From Nitrosopumilus sp. (GTDB lineage: Archaea > Thermoproteota > Nitrososphaeria > Nitrososphaerales > Nitrosopumilaceae), in assembly GCA_965204345.1 (NCBI GenBank), contig OZ241981.1:224001-288000 (forward strand): a stretch of DNA of 64,000 nucleotides, in the 5' to 3' direction. Positions 53,000-63,620 of the stretch are shown piece after piece. How positions within the stretch are numbered: the first letter of the stretch is position 1; the number at the start of each line of letters is the position of its first letter. The translations under genes were made by a program, and so were the position numbers. Under the pieces are notes generated by a model. The model had not been told where the DNA came from. It was given only the letters and a program-made list of their open reading frames with translations, and ran no database searches.

Positions 53000-55096
53000 C
53001 TAGTTTGCCTGTGAGTCAAGCCATATGGTGTGTCGTATCTCGACAGGTTCTGTAGGAGCAGCAGATCCCATCTGAACCGTTATTCTAAATGGTATGGTTA
53101 TGGTCTGCTCGACTGCAGGCATGTCATATACTATGGAGTTTTGCTTGGTCTTCTCTATCTTGCTCCAGGAGTTATCTGCTGCACTGTACGTCTCTACCAG
53201 ATAATTTCTAAATAATGGCACATGATCCCATCCCAAATGTATGCGAGTTATGTCATTATCAGACGTGGAAGATGCGGCAGTATCAATTGCCCTGACACCA
53301 AAATTATCAGGTGACTCTAATGCAGATGGCATGGATATTGTAACTATGTCAGAGTATATCTTGTGCTGGCCTACCCGCTCAAATATTCTATATGAAATAT
53401 CCTGACCCAGCCATTCTGGTCGTATGGTATCCGATACAGTTCCGTTTCCGGCACTAAACTGCTCTACTATATTCTCACCATCCAGTCTCTGCATACGGTA
53501 TGTGTCATCACCAACTTCGTTACTGTCAGACCACTCTATGCTTATGGTATCAGAGCCTGCAATGTGGGATGCCTTTAACGCAAGATTGCTATCAAATGGC
53601 TCATCCCCGGTATTTACAAGGATGGTACTTTGTGTATTGTCATCTCCTCTTACTCCTACGGATACAAAGTATGCAGTGTCATCTTTGAGATTCTCAAAGG
53701 TGTAGTTGTGTATGCCTGCATCTACGATGTCAGTTGTTTTATCAGCAGGATTAGATACGGGGGCGATAACTATTTTGTATGGTTCCAGTTGTGTGGCATC
53801 ACCTGCCTCCCATGATACAGTTATGGTGCCATCCAATGAAGAATATTGCTTTGATGTAAACAGGACCGTATTTGGATTGCCATCATGCAACATGTCAAGA
53901 ATCTCAACCGTACTCAAATCATTAGTGTACGTATCAATGGCACCTGATGCACTACTGCCACCACCAGACACAGGTATCGTAACTACCTTGACATTATCAA
54001 TATGGAATGTAGAGTTGTCTGGGGATTGGGCCCACCCGAATATTAACAATCTACAGTGGCATTCACTAAAATCAATCAGTGGTACCCTGGCTGTAAACGT
54101 GTTAAACTCTGTTCCCACTGTTGGTTCCTGCGTGGTCTCCCATACGTATGTCTGATAAGAGGGAGTAAACGGACTTCCATCCCCAATCAGATACACCCTA
54201 AAATCGGCAGTGTCTGCTGTGTGCAGATAGTCAAATGAGAACTCCAGGTCGTGATTATCTGTAGGGGCATCAAGCTGGAAATATCTCTGCATGCCAATAT
54301 ATCCGACTCCGCATGCACCGTTAAAGTCAAAGTATGCAGAGCCATTGTTAACTGAGCTGTGTACCAGGCTGTGTCTGTTGGTGTCTGTTCTAACGCAGTC
54401 ATGTGAGGAGAACGTGTGTAGTGGAGCTCCCCAATTTCTCCAGGGATCAGTGTTATTATCAAATGTGTCATGCAGTACGGTGGTACTTTGTTTGATGGGC
54501 TCTTCATTTTTTATGATTATCTTTTGGATGGCAGTAGCCGTGTTTCCGGCAGTGTCAGTAACAGTCCAGGATACAGTAGAGTTTCCAATGCTGCGGCGCT
54601 CGTCTACATCACTGGTTATGAGGGGGGTATCATCAATGTTATCAGACGCAATGGCAAAACCCGTCTGGTCTTGATGCAGTATGACAGTTTCAGTATCTGC
54701 ATTAAGGGCATAACTAGGCGGGGCAGTTATGGTGGGTGCCACTCTGTCCTCGACTATGACTCGCTGGGCAGCAGAAGCAGTGTTTCCGGCAGTATCAGTA
54801 GCAGTCCAGACAATGGTGGTTACGCCTATTGGAAATATGTCAGGTGCGTTGTTAGTTATGACTGGTGCTGGTGTAGGATTGCCAATCAGCGTGGGCGTGC
54901 CAAGATTGACACTACTTTGAGATATGCCGTTACTTGATGTAGCTGTTAGGACTAGTCCGGGCGGAGCTGTAATGCGAGCAGTGGTCATGTTTGTGTCAGT
55001 TGAGCTTTGAGCAAAGGATTCAGCAGAATGCAACAGGATGCCTGCAGAGGCTATTACTGCCACTAAAGCTAGAACCCGTATCAATTTGATGTTCAA
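53000..55096 (-). CDS. Secreted HYR/fibronectin-III repeat surface protein
   Basis: Signal peptide; FPIGVTTIVWTATDTAGNTA HYR units; FN3-like TVSW...YTFENLKDDTAYFVSV. Confidence 0.8.
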   Translation of the reverse strand: MNIKLIRVLALVAVIASAGILLHSAESFAQSSTDTNMTTARITAPPGLVLTATSSNGISQSSVNLGTPTLIGNPTPAPVITNNAPDIFPIGVTTIVWTATDTAGNTASAAQRVIVEDRVAPTITAPPSYALNADTETVILHQDQTGFAIASDNIDDTPLITSDVDERRSIGNSTVSWTVTDTAGNTATAIQKIIIKNEEPIKQSTTVLHDTFDNNTDPWRNWGAPLHTFSSHDCVRTDTNRHSLVHSSVNNGSAYFDFNGACGVGYIGMQRYFQLDAPTDNHDLEFSFDYLHTADTADFRVYLIGDGSPFTPSYQTYVWETTQEPTVGTEFNTFTARVPLIDFSECHCRLLIFGWAQSPDNSTFHIDNVKVVTIPVSGGGSSASGAIDTYTNDLSTVEILDMLHDGNPNTVLFTSKQYSSLDGTITVSWEAGDATQLEPYKIVIAPVSNPADKTTDIVDAGIHNYTFENLKDDTAYFVSVGVRGDDNTQSTILVNTGDEPFDSNLALKASHIAGSDTISIEWSDSNEVGDDTYRMQRLDGENIVEQFSAGNGTVSDTIRPEWLGQDISYRIFERVGQHKIYSDIVTISMPSALESPDNFGVRAIDTAASSTSDNDITRIHLGWDHVPLFRNYLVETYSAADNSWSKIEKTKQNSIVYDMPAVEQTITIPFRITVQMGSAAPTEPVEIRHTIWLDSQAN

Positions 55097-58000
55097 CTTG
55101 TAGTGGCACCTCCATCTTCTGCATTTGCCTGACTAGTTGATATTGTAATGCCTGTCCTTGTGGAATCATCCCCTGTTACCTGTACTGTTACCATGTATTG
55201 GGTGTCCGGTTCTAGTCCTGCAAACATGTGTTGGAGATTGTTATTATTATCAGATGCCAAGACACTGTGTGTTGTTATATCATCGGGATTGGATACTGGC
55301 CATGCAGATACGGTATAGTCATGCGTATAACTGTCATCTATGTCGTCCCATCCTATGCCGATGCTGTTGTTGTTACTATCATCATCCTGAACATATTTTG
55401 CAGATATGATTATCCTGTCATAGTATAATGATTCGGCAATGAATTTTTCCAATTCTGCAACTGTAAGCATGTTTGTTGGTCTGTCTGCCGGTATTTCACT
55501 GTCACCAGATGCCCCAGAGGATGCAGGTTTAGTCATTGCAAGGTGTACGTTATCAATATGCGTGTACAACGGCAACACTTGATCACCCCTGTCAAATCTG
55601 TACAGCTGTATGACACACGGACAACGATCCACATCAAATCCGTTACTCTGTACAATTGTGGTCTGCCAGTGATTGCCCCTTATGTCTATTGAATCATGGG
55701 TTACTAGTTTGGCAGTGCCAAGTACCTGTCCTGTATTGCTGACAATGGCAACATACAGTATGTGTGATTGGGGATCATCTAAGATGTGAATGTGCTCTGT
55801 GACCATTCTAAAGTTATGGTTATCAAATTTATCTGCAATGTCCACTGTCTTGTACATTATGGATGCAGACACCCCGCAGTCATGCTCTCGGTATATCTGG
55901 GCCGAGCCGCCATACTGCTCACTGTACCTTGCACCGTACAGGCTAGTGGGAGCAGGATCACACTGCTCGTCTTGAATTTCATGTGGAACATAGTGACGCT
56001 GTATCCACGAATCAAGCGAGTCATCAAAGGTGTCATGGAATATCTGATTTGCAGTAACTGCCGTACTGTTTTGGACTGTGACATTTTGGTTTAGTTGTGC
56101 AATGTTTCCGCTGGGATCTATTGTGGTCCATTCTACGATGTTGGCCCCTAGCTCAAGCAGGTAATTGTCAAGAAAGATTGGCGGTGATGAGCGATTTACT
56201 AGTAGCTGGTTGTCATGGTATTGGGCAATCCGGGTATCTCCTGTGTTAAAGGGTGTTATCTGCTGGGTGGTATCTATTGTAACTGCAGCAGATAATGTCA
56301 GGCCCGGTGATACGTTATCATGTATTACTATCCACTGGTTTGCAGTTGCGTTGTTTCCATAGCTGTCAGTGGCAACCCATACAACCTTGGTGATGCCAGG
56401 AGAGAATGCCGCAGGTGCGTTGTTTGTTATGACGGGATTAGAATCCATATCATCCTGTACTATGGGTGTGCCAAGCTCTTGAGGTGGCAAAACCACACTC
56501 TGATCTGTCGTGATGATTATCTTTGATGCAGGAGCCGTAATGCTTGGAGGGCTGTCAGCAGCTCTTGATATGATTACACTAAAGGATATAGTTGCCGTAT
56601 TGCCGGAGCTGTCACGCGCAATACACGATACAGTGGTAGAGCCGACAGGGAATATGCGTGATGATGATGGTGATGGTATGCATGTCACAGTAACGTTGGG
56701 ATCTTCGGCATCTGTGGCTGTTGGCAGATCAAACATGACTGTTCTTCCTTGCATGTCAGGGGATACCAGCAGGATATCAGACGGTGTGTGCGTAAATGTC
56801 GGAGGATTCCTATCTCGGACAGTCACCGTCTGTGTGAGAGTTGCGGTATTTCCAGAATCATCAGTGGCAGTCCATACAATGTTGTGTGTTCCAACGGCAA
56901 ATGATGCAGTATCACTGGCAGTTACAGCAACAACGTCTGAATCCACTATGTCAGTTGCAGCTGGCGCGCTTATTGATACGGGTGTAAGTACAGCAGTAGC
57001 ATCCACAGTTATTGGTGCAGGCTGTGCTATTGTGGGAGGAGTGGTATCCTCGATGGTTATTGTGCTAGTTATTGTAGATGTATTGCCTGATGTATCAGTT
57101 GCAGTCCATGTGATTATGGTATTGCCCAGTGGGAATGATGCAGGTGCGTTGTTTGTTATGGTAACATCAGACAAATCCGTTGCAGATGGGATGCCATAGT
57201 CTGCACTATTTAGCGGAGTCAATACGCCTGTTGCCTCAAATGTCATATCACGTATGGTGCCAAGCTGTGGCGGCATGGTATCCCGTATTGTGACATCTTG
57301 GGTCATACTAACAGAGTTGCCTGACGTATCAGTGGCAATCCATGTAACTGTTGTAGTGCCAATGGGAAACCTGTCAGGTGCGTTGTTTGTTATGGTAACA
57401 GGAAAGATATCTGATATTGTGGGGTTTGTCAGCCGTATTGCAGTAAATGATGAGGTAGCCTCTACTAGGATATTGGCAGGTTTTTGTATTACCGGCGGAG
57501 TCGTATCCCGTATGGTTATAACCTGAGTGTCTGTTGCAAAGTTTCGGGAGGCATCAGTTACAGTCCATCTTACTGTCGTATCACCCAGTGGGAAATCCCT
57601 TGGCGCATTGTTTGTTACAGGCAAGAGTCTGTTACCAGTTACCTCTGGCGTTCCAAGCTGTTCTGCGGTAAGACGTGTAAGTATGCCTGTTGCCTCTATT
57701 GTCTTATCTGATGGTGCAGTTATTTCGGGCATAGTAGCAGGCGTTGATATTATGTTTGTCACTCCGCTGGTACCCGAATTCAGATATGCTCTATTTATCA
57801 GAATGCTTGGTCCCGTATATGTCACAGTAATTTGCGTATCATATGGAATGTCTGCAACACGCATCGTTACTGCAGCAGAGTTTGCGCGATGAGACAATGA
57901 AGTAATTGTTCCATGGCTGATCTCAAAGTCAGAGGCATCCAGCCTAACTGGAATTCTCTCCATCAGGCTAAATGATATGCTTGTTCTCTCCGCGCCAAGA

Positions 58001-60138
58001 TGGGGTCTGAGAATGATGTCCGGCTCGGCAGGCGTAGGCTTGTATACCTTAAAGTTGTCTACTTCTACAAAGCCTTTATTTTCAGAGAGGTCCATTAGCA
58101 GACGCAGTTTTGCACTGCTTTGAGGTATTACCAGAGACAGGTATTCGCGCTCCCATTCGTCTGTGTCCTCGTCGTTGTTGCGGGTGTATTCTGCAAGCGT
58201 AGTCCATGTTGTTCCATCATTTATAGAATATTGGACATAAAGACCATTGTCATGCCTAACGAGTCTGTCTACAAATCTGTCAAAGGATATTGTAAGTGGT
58301 TGACGTGTATCAAACTGGGTAGGTATAGTTAAGATGCATAACCCGTTGCAATGATCAGATGACAATACTTTGTTCCTAGTATTGGTTGCAGGGAATATGA
58401 CTTCATCAGGAGTAATTGTTGATGCTCTACCATCACCTGTAATCCTCCACTTTGACAGTCCTCCTTGAAAATTCTCCTCAAAATTGGTAGTGATTGGTCC
58501 TGATATTGGCCTATAAGGTATGCTATTTGCATCAAGTGTTACCATGCCTCCTGAAGTAGGGGTCCTGATAACAGGATTTCCAAATATATCGCGTGCATTT
58601 GAGAATAATATTGAAAATGTGCCATCTTCCCCATCAAGCAGATGCGAGTATTCAAAGGTCGTATCTGATGTACGGGTCATCGTTCCGGTAGTTGACGTAT
58701 AGCCGTTTGTGATTGTAACATCAAGCGGAAAATTGGGGTTTATAATCTCATTAAACGTTGCAGAAATATCCAGACTTCCACTCTGCGGTATGTTTTGGGG
58801 CAGTGTCACATTGCCTGTCGGTCTTATGTCATCGTATGTCTGTGCCGGTCCGCGCAGTGATGCAATGTGTGGTGCTGTTGCAAATATTACTCTGGCATTC
58901 CAGCTGACATCATCACCTGCCCTATTGAGCGTACCAAAGAAATTTCTGAATGGATCCGACCATACTCTTTTTCTTGCACATATTTCTTCTACCTGAGTAA
59001 TTGGACTATCACAGTTGCCACCACTTGATGCCATTATTGTTCTTTGGAAAATGCCTGCATCATAATATCCATGACCCTTACTGAAATTTGGGTTTCTTTC
59101 CATGTCAATGTCGTATCCTGCCCCGTGCATAAGCCCTATTGCATTAGTTGCAGAGTATACAGCAAGACACTTTACGTCCACTACTGCAAATGCTGTACGT
59201 GTACTTCTAACAAGCTGCTGTGCAGTTTTAGAACATTCGTTATTCAAATCTTTACCAATATCATTACCATCAACATCATCATCATTAACATTAATGATAC
59301 TATCAACAAACATTATTGCAATATCTGCCTCTTCTCGTTCTATTAACGCACGAGCTGTTTTGAATTCACGCTCATCAGAGAATCGAAATTTATCAAGATC
59401 ATCTTTCAAGTCATCAGTCTCGACATATCCATCTATCCTAGTACGATCTACGAGATTGAGTTCAACTGGAATACCGTTTTGTCTATACGTACGATTTGTG
59501 TCATCTATTGCATTGGATGCGATGAGACGTATTGAGTTATGAAATTCGCTAACTGCATCCTCAGTTGCGGCTATGAATACATCTATGACCAGTTTTTCGG
59601 TAAATACATCATCGTAATCAAATCCTCCAATGTATGATTCCTTCAAGTGATTTATTTTATCCATGTCAAAGGATTGCTCACCACTTGCACCGGGCGGTAC
59701 AACAGTGTCAGGTGGAAACTGGGATTGATCAATGAGATACACTTCATGTGTTGTGGCCTCTACAGGAAACACCTGGAATGTTTTGTTTAATGTGTCTATT
59801 ATTCCCACTGCCTTTGTACCGCTTATTTCAAACATTGCAGTCTCTTCATCATTATTGGAACCTTTCCACAGATAGTTGCCATCTTCATAATGCTCCACAG
59901 AGTCTTTTGTGAAGGTTGTCGATTCTCCAAATATTGTAATGCTTAGATGTTCTGATGAGAAAATTTGCGTATCTATTGCTACCATCCTTGATTCAAAATT
60001 ATAGCCCTCAAAAACATCAAGTGATTCTAGCTCACTATCTGGCAAGGGTACAAACAGTTCAGATGTCTGTGCATATGCGTGTCCGATACTCATAACTGCA
60101 AATATTGTTAGTAGGAGGGCAAGCAAATTAGTCAACAC
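55093..60138 (-). CDS. 1681-aa secreted multidomain protein: degenerate reprolysin-like (M12B) domain, multiple HYR repeats, FN3
   Basis: Signal peptide; READIAI...AFAVV...GHGY...RTIMA metzincin scaffold; repeated NNAPxxFPxGxTxxxWTATDxSGN; FAGLEPDTQYMVTV. Confidence 0.82.
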   Translation of the reverse strand: MLTNLLALLLTIFAVMSIGHAYAQTSELFVPLPDSELESLDVFEGYNFESRMVAIDTQIFSSEHLSITIFGESTTFTKDSVEHYEDGNYLWKGSNNDEETAMFEISGTKAVGIIDTLNKTFQVFPVEATTHEVYLIDQSQFPPDTVVPPGASGEQSFDMDKINHLKESYIGGFDYDDVFTEKLVIDVFIAATEDAVSEFHNSIRLIASNAIDDTNRTYRQNGIPVELNLVDRTRIDGYVETDDLKDDLDKFRFSDEREFKTARALIEREEADIAIMFVDSIINVNDDDVDGNDIGKDLNNECSKTAQQLVRSTRTAFAVVDVKCLAVYSATNAIGLMHGAGYDIDMERNPNFSKGHGYYDAGIFQRTIMASSGGNCDSPITQVEEICARKRVWSDPFRNFFGTLNRAGDDVSWNARVIFATAPHIASLRGPAQTYDDIRPTGNVTLPQNIPQSGSLDISATFNEIINPNFPLDVTITNGYTSTTGTMTRTSDTTFEYSHLLDGEDGTFSILFSNARDIFGNPVIRTPTSGGMVTLDANSIPYRPISGPITTNFEENFQGGLSKWRITGDGRASTITPDEVIFPATNTRNKVLSSDHCNGLCILTIPTQFDTRQPLTISFDRFVDRLVRHDNGLYVQYSINDGTTWTTLAEYTRNNDEDTDEWEREYLSLVIPQSSAKLRLLMDLSENKGFVEVDNFKVYKPTPAEPDIILRPHLGAERTSISFSLMERIPVRLDASDFEISHGTITSLSHRANSAAVTMRVADIPYDTQITVTYTGPSILINRAYLNSGTSGVTNIISTPATMPEITAPSDKTIEATGILTRLTAEQLGTPEVTGNRLLPVTNNAPRDFPLGDTTVRWTVTDASRNFATDTQVITIRDTTPPVIQKPANILVEATSSFTAIRLTNPTISDIFPVTITNNAPDRFPIGTTTVTWIATDTSGNSVSMTQDVTIRDTMPPQLGTIRDMTFEATGVLTPLNSADYGIPSATDLSDVTITNNAPASFPLGNTIITWTATDTSGNTSTITSTITIEDTTPPTIAQPAPITVDATAVLTPVSISAPAATDIVDSDVVAVTASDTASFAVGTHNIVWTATDDSGNTATLTQTVTVRDRNPPTFTHTPSDILLVSPDMQGRTVMFDLPTATDAEDPNVTVTCIPSPSSSRIFPVGSTTVSCIARDSSGNTATISFSVIISRAADSPPSITAPASKIIITTDQSVVLPPQELGTPIVQDDMDSNPVITNNAPAAFSPGITKVVWVATDSYGNNATANQWIVIHDNVSPGLTLSAAVTIDTTQQITPFNTGDTRIAQYHDNQLLVNRSSPPIFLDNYLLELGANIVEWTTIDPSGNIAQLNQNVTVQNSTAVTANQIFHDTFDDSLDSWIQRHYVPHEIQDEQCDPAPTSLYGARYSEQYGGSAQIYREHDCGVSASIMYKTVDIADKFDNHNFRMVTEHIHILDDPQSHILYVAIVSNTGQVLGTAKLVTHDSIDIRGNHWQTTIVQSNGFDVDRCPCVIQLYRFDRGDQVLPLYTHIDNVHLAMTKPASSGASGDSEIPADRPTNMLTVAELEKFIAESLYYDRIIISAKYVQDDDSNNNSIGIGWDDIDDSYTHDYTVSAWPVSNPDDITTHSVLASDNNNNLQHMFAGLEPDTQYMVTVQVTGDDSTRTGITISTSQANAEDGGATTS

Positions 60139-60253
60139 ATTTCGTCCAAAGAGGGCTGTATATCAAAATTTGCATCCTGAGAATCTGTTTTTGGTCATAT
60201 ATGAATGATCAAGCTTTATTTTTTGAGATGTAATAACAATATTCATATCTGTT

Positions 60254-61678
60254 TTATCTTATCTTGGCATGTTCTGGAATGTTTATCTTGTCAATCCAGT
60301 CATCTATTACCGGAGTGCGAGTAAACCAGCCAATCTCTCCTGTAATACCCTCCATGCGAAGATATAATGTCTCTGCAGGATAAGTAATATTTGCAGGATA
60401 ATTACTATTTGAAGAATAATCCTTAATCATATCACAAGTTCCCACATCTGCTTCCCATATGGGAATCCCTGCTCGGAAGGATACAACTGAAATTTTTTTG
60501 ATATCATCCTTGCTATCGTATAGGACAATGTTATCACACTTAGGTTGGTGGAAACAATCATGATATCGTTTCTTATCATCCTTGCTATCGTATAGGGTAA
60601 GGTCGCACCATTCTCGTTCTATTACGTGTGCATTGTCAATAGCAAACTGATGCATTAATTGACGCATCATATCTTTTGACAACGGAGTAAAGTGAGGTTC
60701 TTCCTTATATAGAAAATACATGTACACGTTATTCCATTGCATTCGCATGTCTATTTTACCATTTTCAAGATATATCCATGAACGGTCAAAATCATGTTGC
60801 GTCTTTACTATCCTTGGCAGTCCTGATTTTTCTACAAAGTTTTGTATGAATTTTTCTGGACCTGCCGTTAGACTTTTGGCAAATGCAAGCTCATCCTTTT
60901 GGTCAAGGGAGTCATATTCGTCCCATTTTTTATCCAAATAATCTGACCTGAATATTTCATCAGGTTCTAATATTATCAGCTCTATTTGATTACTGTAGAA
61001 TGGACTGATAATGTTTCCTTTTTCTGTATAGTATGTATAGTTCATCTTATGTCCTCGAGATCCTCCAGGCGCAGGTTCAAGAGTATAGTCATATCTTGGA
61101 CCTTCAGAATTTGGAAGTATCAGTTTGTCATCTATACCATCAAGTATTTTCTGCATGATGCGCTCATAGTTTTCTATGGTTGTGGGAAGGTAGACACCTT
61201 TAGGAAGTGGTTCAATTACAGATAGGTCTATACCGCCAGAACTACGTGCAATAATGTACGGGTCTCCCAAATGAGGATAGTATGTCTCTGTCTGTACAGG
61301 ATCAGAGACAGCATCTGAGCTGCCCTCTGTCTGGTTGCTAGTAGTTGCCATAGGCAGCTCAGCAGTTGGCAGCTCATCAAATATTTTTATCATATGCCAG
61401 CCGCGCTCTACCAGTATGTCGGCCGTATCACTTTTCACACATACAGGCTTGTTGTTCCTAGGAGATTCCAGCAGAATCTTTTGATACTCACACTGGATTT
61501 CATAGAGCGGTACGCCTGATTTTAGCTGCTCATAGGGGGAGGCAATCTCAGCATATGCACTGGCAACTCCAAAAATGGATACAATGGATATGGCAAGCAG
61601 AATCCGCATCGGTTTGTTGGTTTTTTGGCATACTATATTAGAAGTGCTATCAAATGCTTTGTTGTTTTCCAAAGCCAA
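60254..61678 (-). CDS. Secreted protein with SPxxQ...IxC...PxCVK...ERGW surface domain
   Basis: Signal peptide from MRILLAIS (likely real start); SPYEQLKSGVPLYEIQC...PVCVKSDTADILVERGW. Confidence 0.75.
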   Translation of the reverse strand: MALENNKAFDSTSNIVCQKTNKPMRILLAISIVSIFGVASAYAEIASPYEQLKSGVPLYEIQCEYQKILLESPRNNKPVCVKSDTADILVERGWHMIKIFDELPTAELPMATTSNQTEGSSDAVSDPVQTETYYPHLGDPYIIARSSGGIDLSVIEPLPKGVYLPTTIENYERIMQKILDGIDDKLILPNSEGPRYDYTLEPAPGGSRGHKMNYTYYTEKGNIISPFYSNQIELIILEPDEIFRSDYLDKKWDEYDSLDQKDELAFAKSLTAGPEKFIQNFVEKSGLPRIVKTQHDFDRSWIYLENGKIDMRMQWNNVYMYFLYKEEPHFTPLSKDMMRQLMHQFAIDNAHVIEREWCDLTLYDSKDDKKRYHDCFHQPKCDNIVLYDSKDDIKKISVVSFRAGIPIWEADVGTCDMIKDYSSNSNYPANITYPAETLYLRMEGITGEIGWFTRTPVIDDWIDKINIPEHAKIR

Positions 61679-62033
61679 AGGAAACGCAAAATCAATTTTG
61701 AGAATAAATATGAAAAATGCGCCAAAAAATGCACAATTGGTTCATCTGATGGTACGATTGGTCAAGCAGATTAGAAGCATATTTGAGACTTGGCTATGAA
61801 GATTAACAATCCAGAGTCTGATTATAAAATTAACATTTGCACATGAACCCCTAGTTGGAAATACAGAGAGAGTCTTTATTTTTTTCAACACACAACAGAA
61901 AAAACCTCTCTAGTTTTCCCCACATCCAAAATCAAGCCATATTTTTCTCTCTTGTTTAATTTTTTAATTTCCCTAAGAGTTCTGGTTTCCATCGTCTCTC
62001 ATAATCGATTTTTTCACTGACTGCCATGAATCA

Positions 62034-62171
62034 TCACTTTGATTTTTTTGGAGTGCGATCCCAGTAGACATTTTTGCACTTGGCACATCTTAGCGGCTTT
62101 TCACCGTCGCGTGAGAGCCACTCATGACCGCATCTGCAACATTTCCATACGCTGCGTGTAACTGTTGGCAT
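62034..62171 (-). CDS. 45-aa zinc-finger protein divergent from transposase 2 (absent from the ORF track)
   Basis: MPTVTRSVWKCCRCGHEWLSRDGEKPLRCAKCKNVYWDRTPKKSK. Confidence 0.8.
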   Translation of the reverse strand: MPTVTRSVWKCCRCGHEWLSRDGEKPLRCAKCKNVYWDRTPKKSK

Positions 62172-62222
62172 CACCGAAGGTGATTACTACTCATATAAAA
62201 ACATTCACTGAAGGTGATCACC
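62171..62222. promoter_or_regulatory. Repeated quasi-palindromic TCAC(C/T)GAAGGTGA sites in the divergent promoter
   Basis: tcaccgaaggtgat at 62171 and tcactgaaggtgat at 62205. Confidence 0.6.
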
Positions 62223-62267
62223 ATTAATATCAAAATTTAAATACACTGTTAGGGTTCACTAATAGTT

Positions 62268-63620
62268 ATGTACACAAACAGTAAAAGAAAACAAAAGGCA
62301 GCACAGATCTTCTCAAAGGCAAACTCGATTAGAAAGATTACAAGCAATCACTATGTTGTAAAATCACAAAACTCTGATAAAAAATATAACGTCAAAAAAT
62401 TACAGGATGCAGATGTATGGACTTGTGAGTGCAAAGACTTTCATTACAGGTTAAGAAAATTAGATGAGAAGCACTGCAAGCATATAGAATCATGCATCAT
62501 ATTACAGGATGCCATTCAGACCCAAAGCAGGGTAGAGAGAACAGAACAGCCTCAGGTCTGTCCAAAATGCAGCTCCACTACAATAGTCAAACGCGGATTT
62601 AGGAAACTAAAGAACGGTACAAAGAGGCAAAAATATGGCTGCAAGCAGTGCAATCGTAAATTCATCCTGGGCGAGAACGGATTCTCCAAAGTTTCATCTG
62701 ATCCAAAAATAATTTCCGAGTGTCTTAATCTGGTCATGTCTGGTGTCTCATACAGAAATATTGCACGACATGTCTACTCTGCACACGAGGTTGGGATTAG
62801 TCATGTGTCTGTGAGGAACTGGATGAAGAAATACACCCGAATAATCAAAGAGTATGTGGAATCATTTTATCCCGAATTATCTGATGTGTGGAGCTTGGAT
62901 GAGATGTATCTGAATGTCAAAAATACAAAGAAGACAGGCAAGGGATTTCATGACTGGCTTTGGAGCATAATTGATCCAAAGACTCGATTTCTGATAGCTA
63001 CTGAGGTCTCAAAGAAAAGAGAGATTGCAGATGCAAGAAAGATTATTGCAAGCGGCAAGAAGGTAGTTGCCAAGAACCCAAACTATGTTCTGACTGATTC
63101 GCTAAACTCGTATCAGGAAGCAATCAGAAAAGAATTTGAAAACAGAGCTGCACACATCAGGACAAAGTCACTCAAGGACGGCTTTGTTAACAGGCCAATA
63201 GAGAGATACCACAATGAGATTAGAGAGAGGCTAAAAGCCAGACGTGGGCTGGGCAATGATGAATCTGCACAAAACTTTGCAGAGTTACTCAAAATCAATC
63301 ATAACTTTGTAAAGCCCCATCAGGGGCTAGGTGGCAAGACGCCTGCTCAAGCTGCAAATATTGACTTGAATCTAGGTCAAGACAAGTATCTGGATCTGAT
63401 AAAACAGGCGGGAACCAAAGTGAACTTTGTAAACAATCTGGGAAAGAGAATCAAGAAGGTATCCATAGTAAATGAGGGTGATTCGATAAAAATAACGCCA
63501 AAACGCTGGATCGATAAACACATCTGGCGTGAGATTAATGATATTCTAAGGCTGCATGAGTTTAGCTGGCTGTCCAATGGCAAGGATAGCTGTTGGCTCA
63601 AACTAGTTTCCTCAAGATAG
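62268..63620 (+). CDS. IS6-family DDE transposase with SWIM, zinc ribbon and an extra C-terminal domain
   Basis: CEC...CKH; CPKC...CKQC; WSLDEMY, LTDS, NRPIERYHN; KPHQGLGGKTPA; ~65-aa extension. Confidence 0.88.
   Translation: MYTNSKRKQKAAQIFSKANSIRKITSNHYVVKSQNSDKKYNVKKLQDADVWTCECKDFHYRLRKLDEKHCKHIESCIILQDAIQTQSRVERTEQPQVCPKCSSTTIVKRGFRKLKNGTKRQKYGCKQCNRKFILGENGFSKVSSDPKIISECLNLVMSGVSYRNIARHVYSAHEVGISHVSVRNWMKKYTRIIKEYVESFYPELSDVWSLDEMYLNVKNTKKTGKGFHDWLWSIIDPKTRFLIATEVSKKREIADARKIIASGKKVVAKNPNYVLTDSLNSYQEAIRKEFENRAAHIRTKSLKDGFVNRPIERYHNEIRERLKARRGLGNDESAQNFAELLKINHNFVKPHQGLGGKTPAQAANIDLNLGQDKYLDLIKQAGTKVNFVNNLGKRIKKVSIVNEGDSIKITPKRWIDKHIWREINDILRLHEFSWLSNGKDSCWLKLVSSR

Noticed and set aside
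53030-59542. Many plus-strand ORFs of 60-229 aa, similarly 32321-33262
   Set aside because: Antisense shadows of long, motif-rich minus-strand genes
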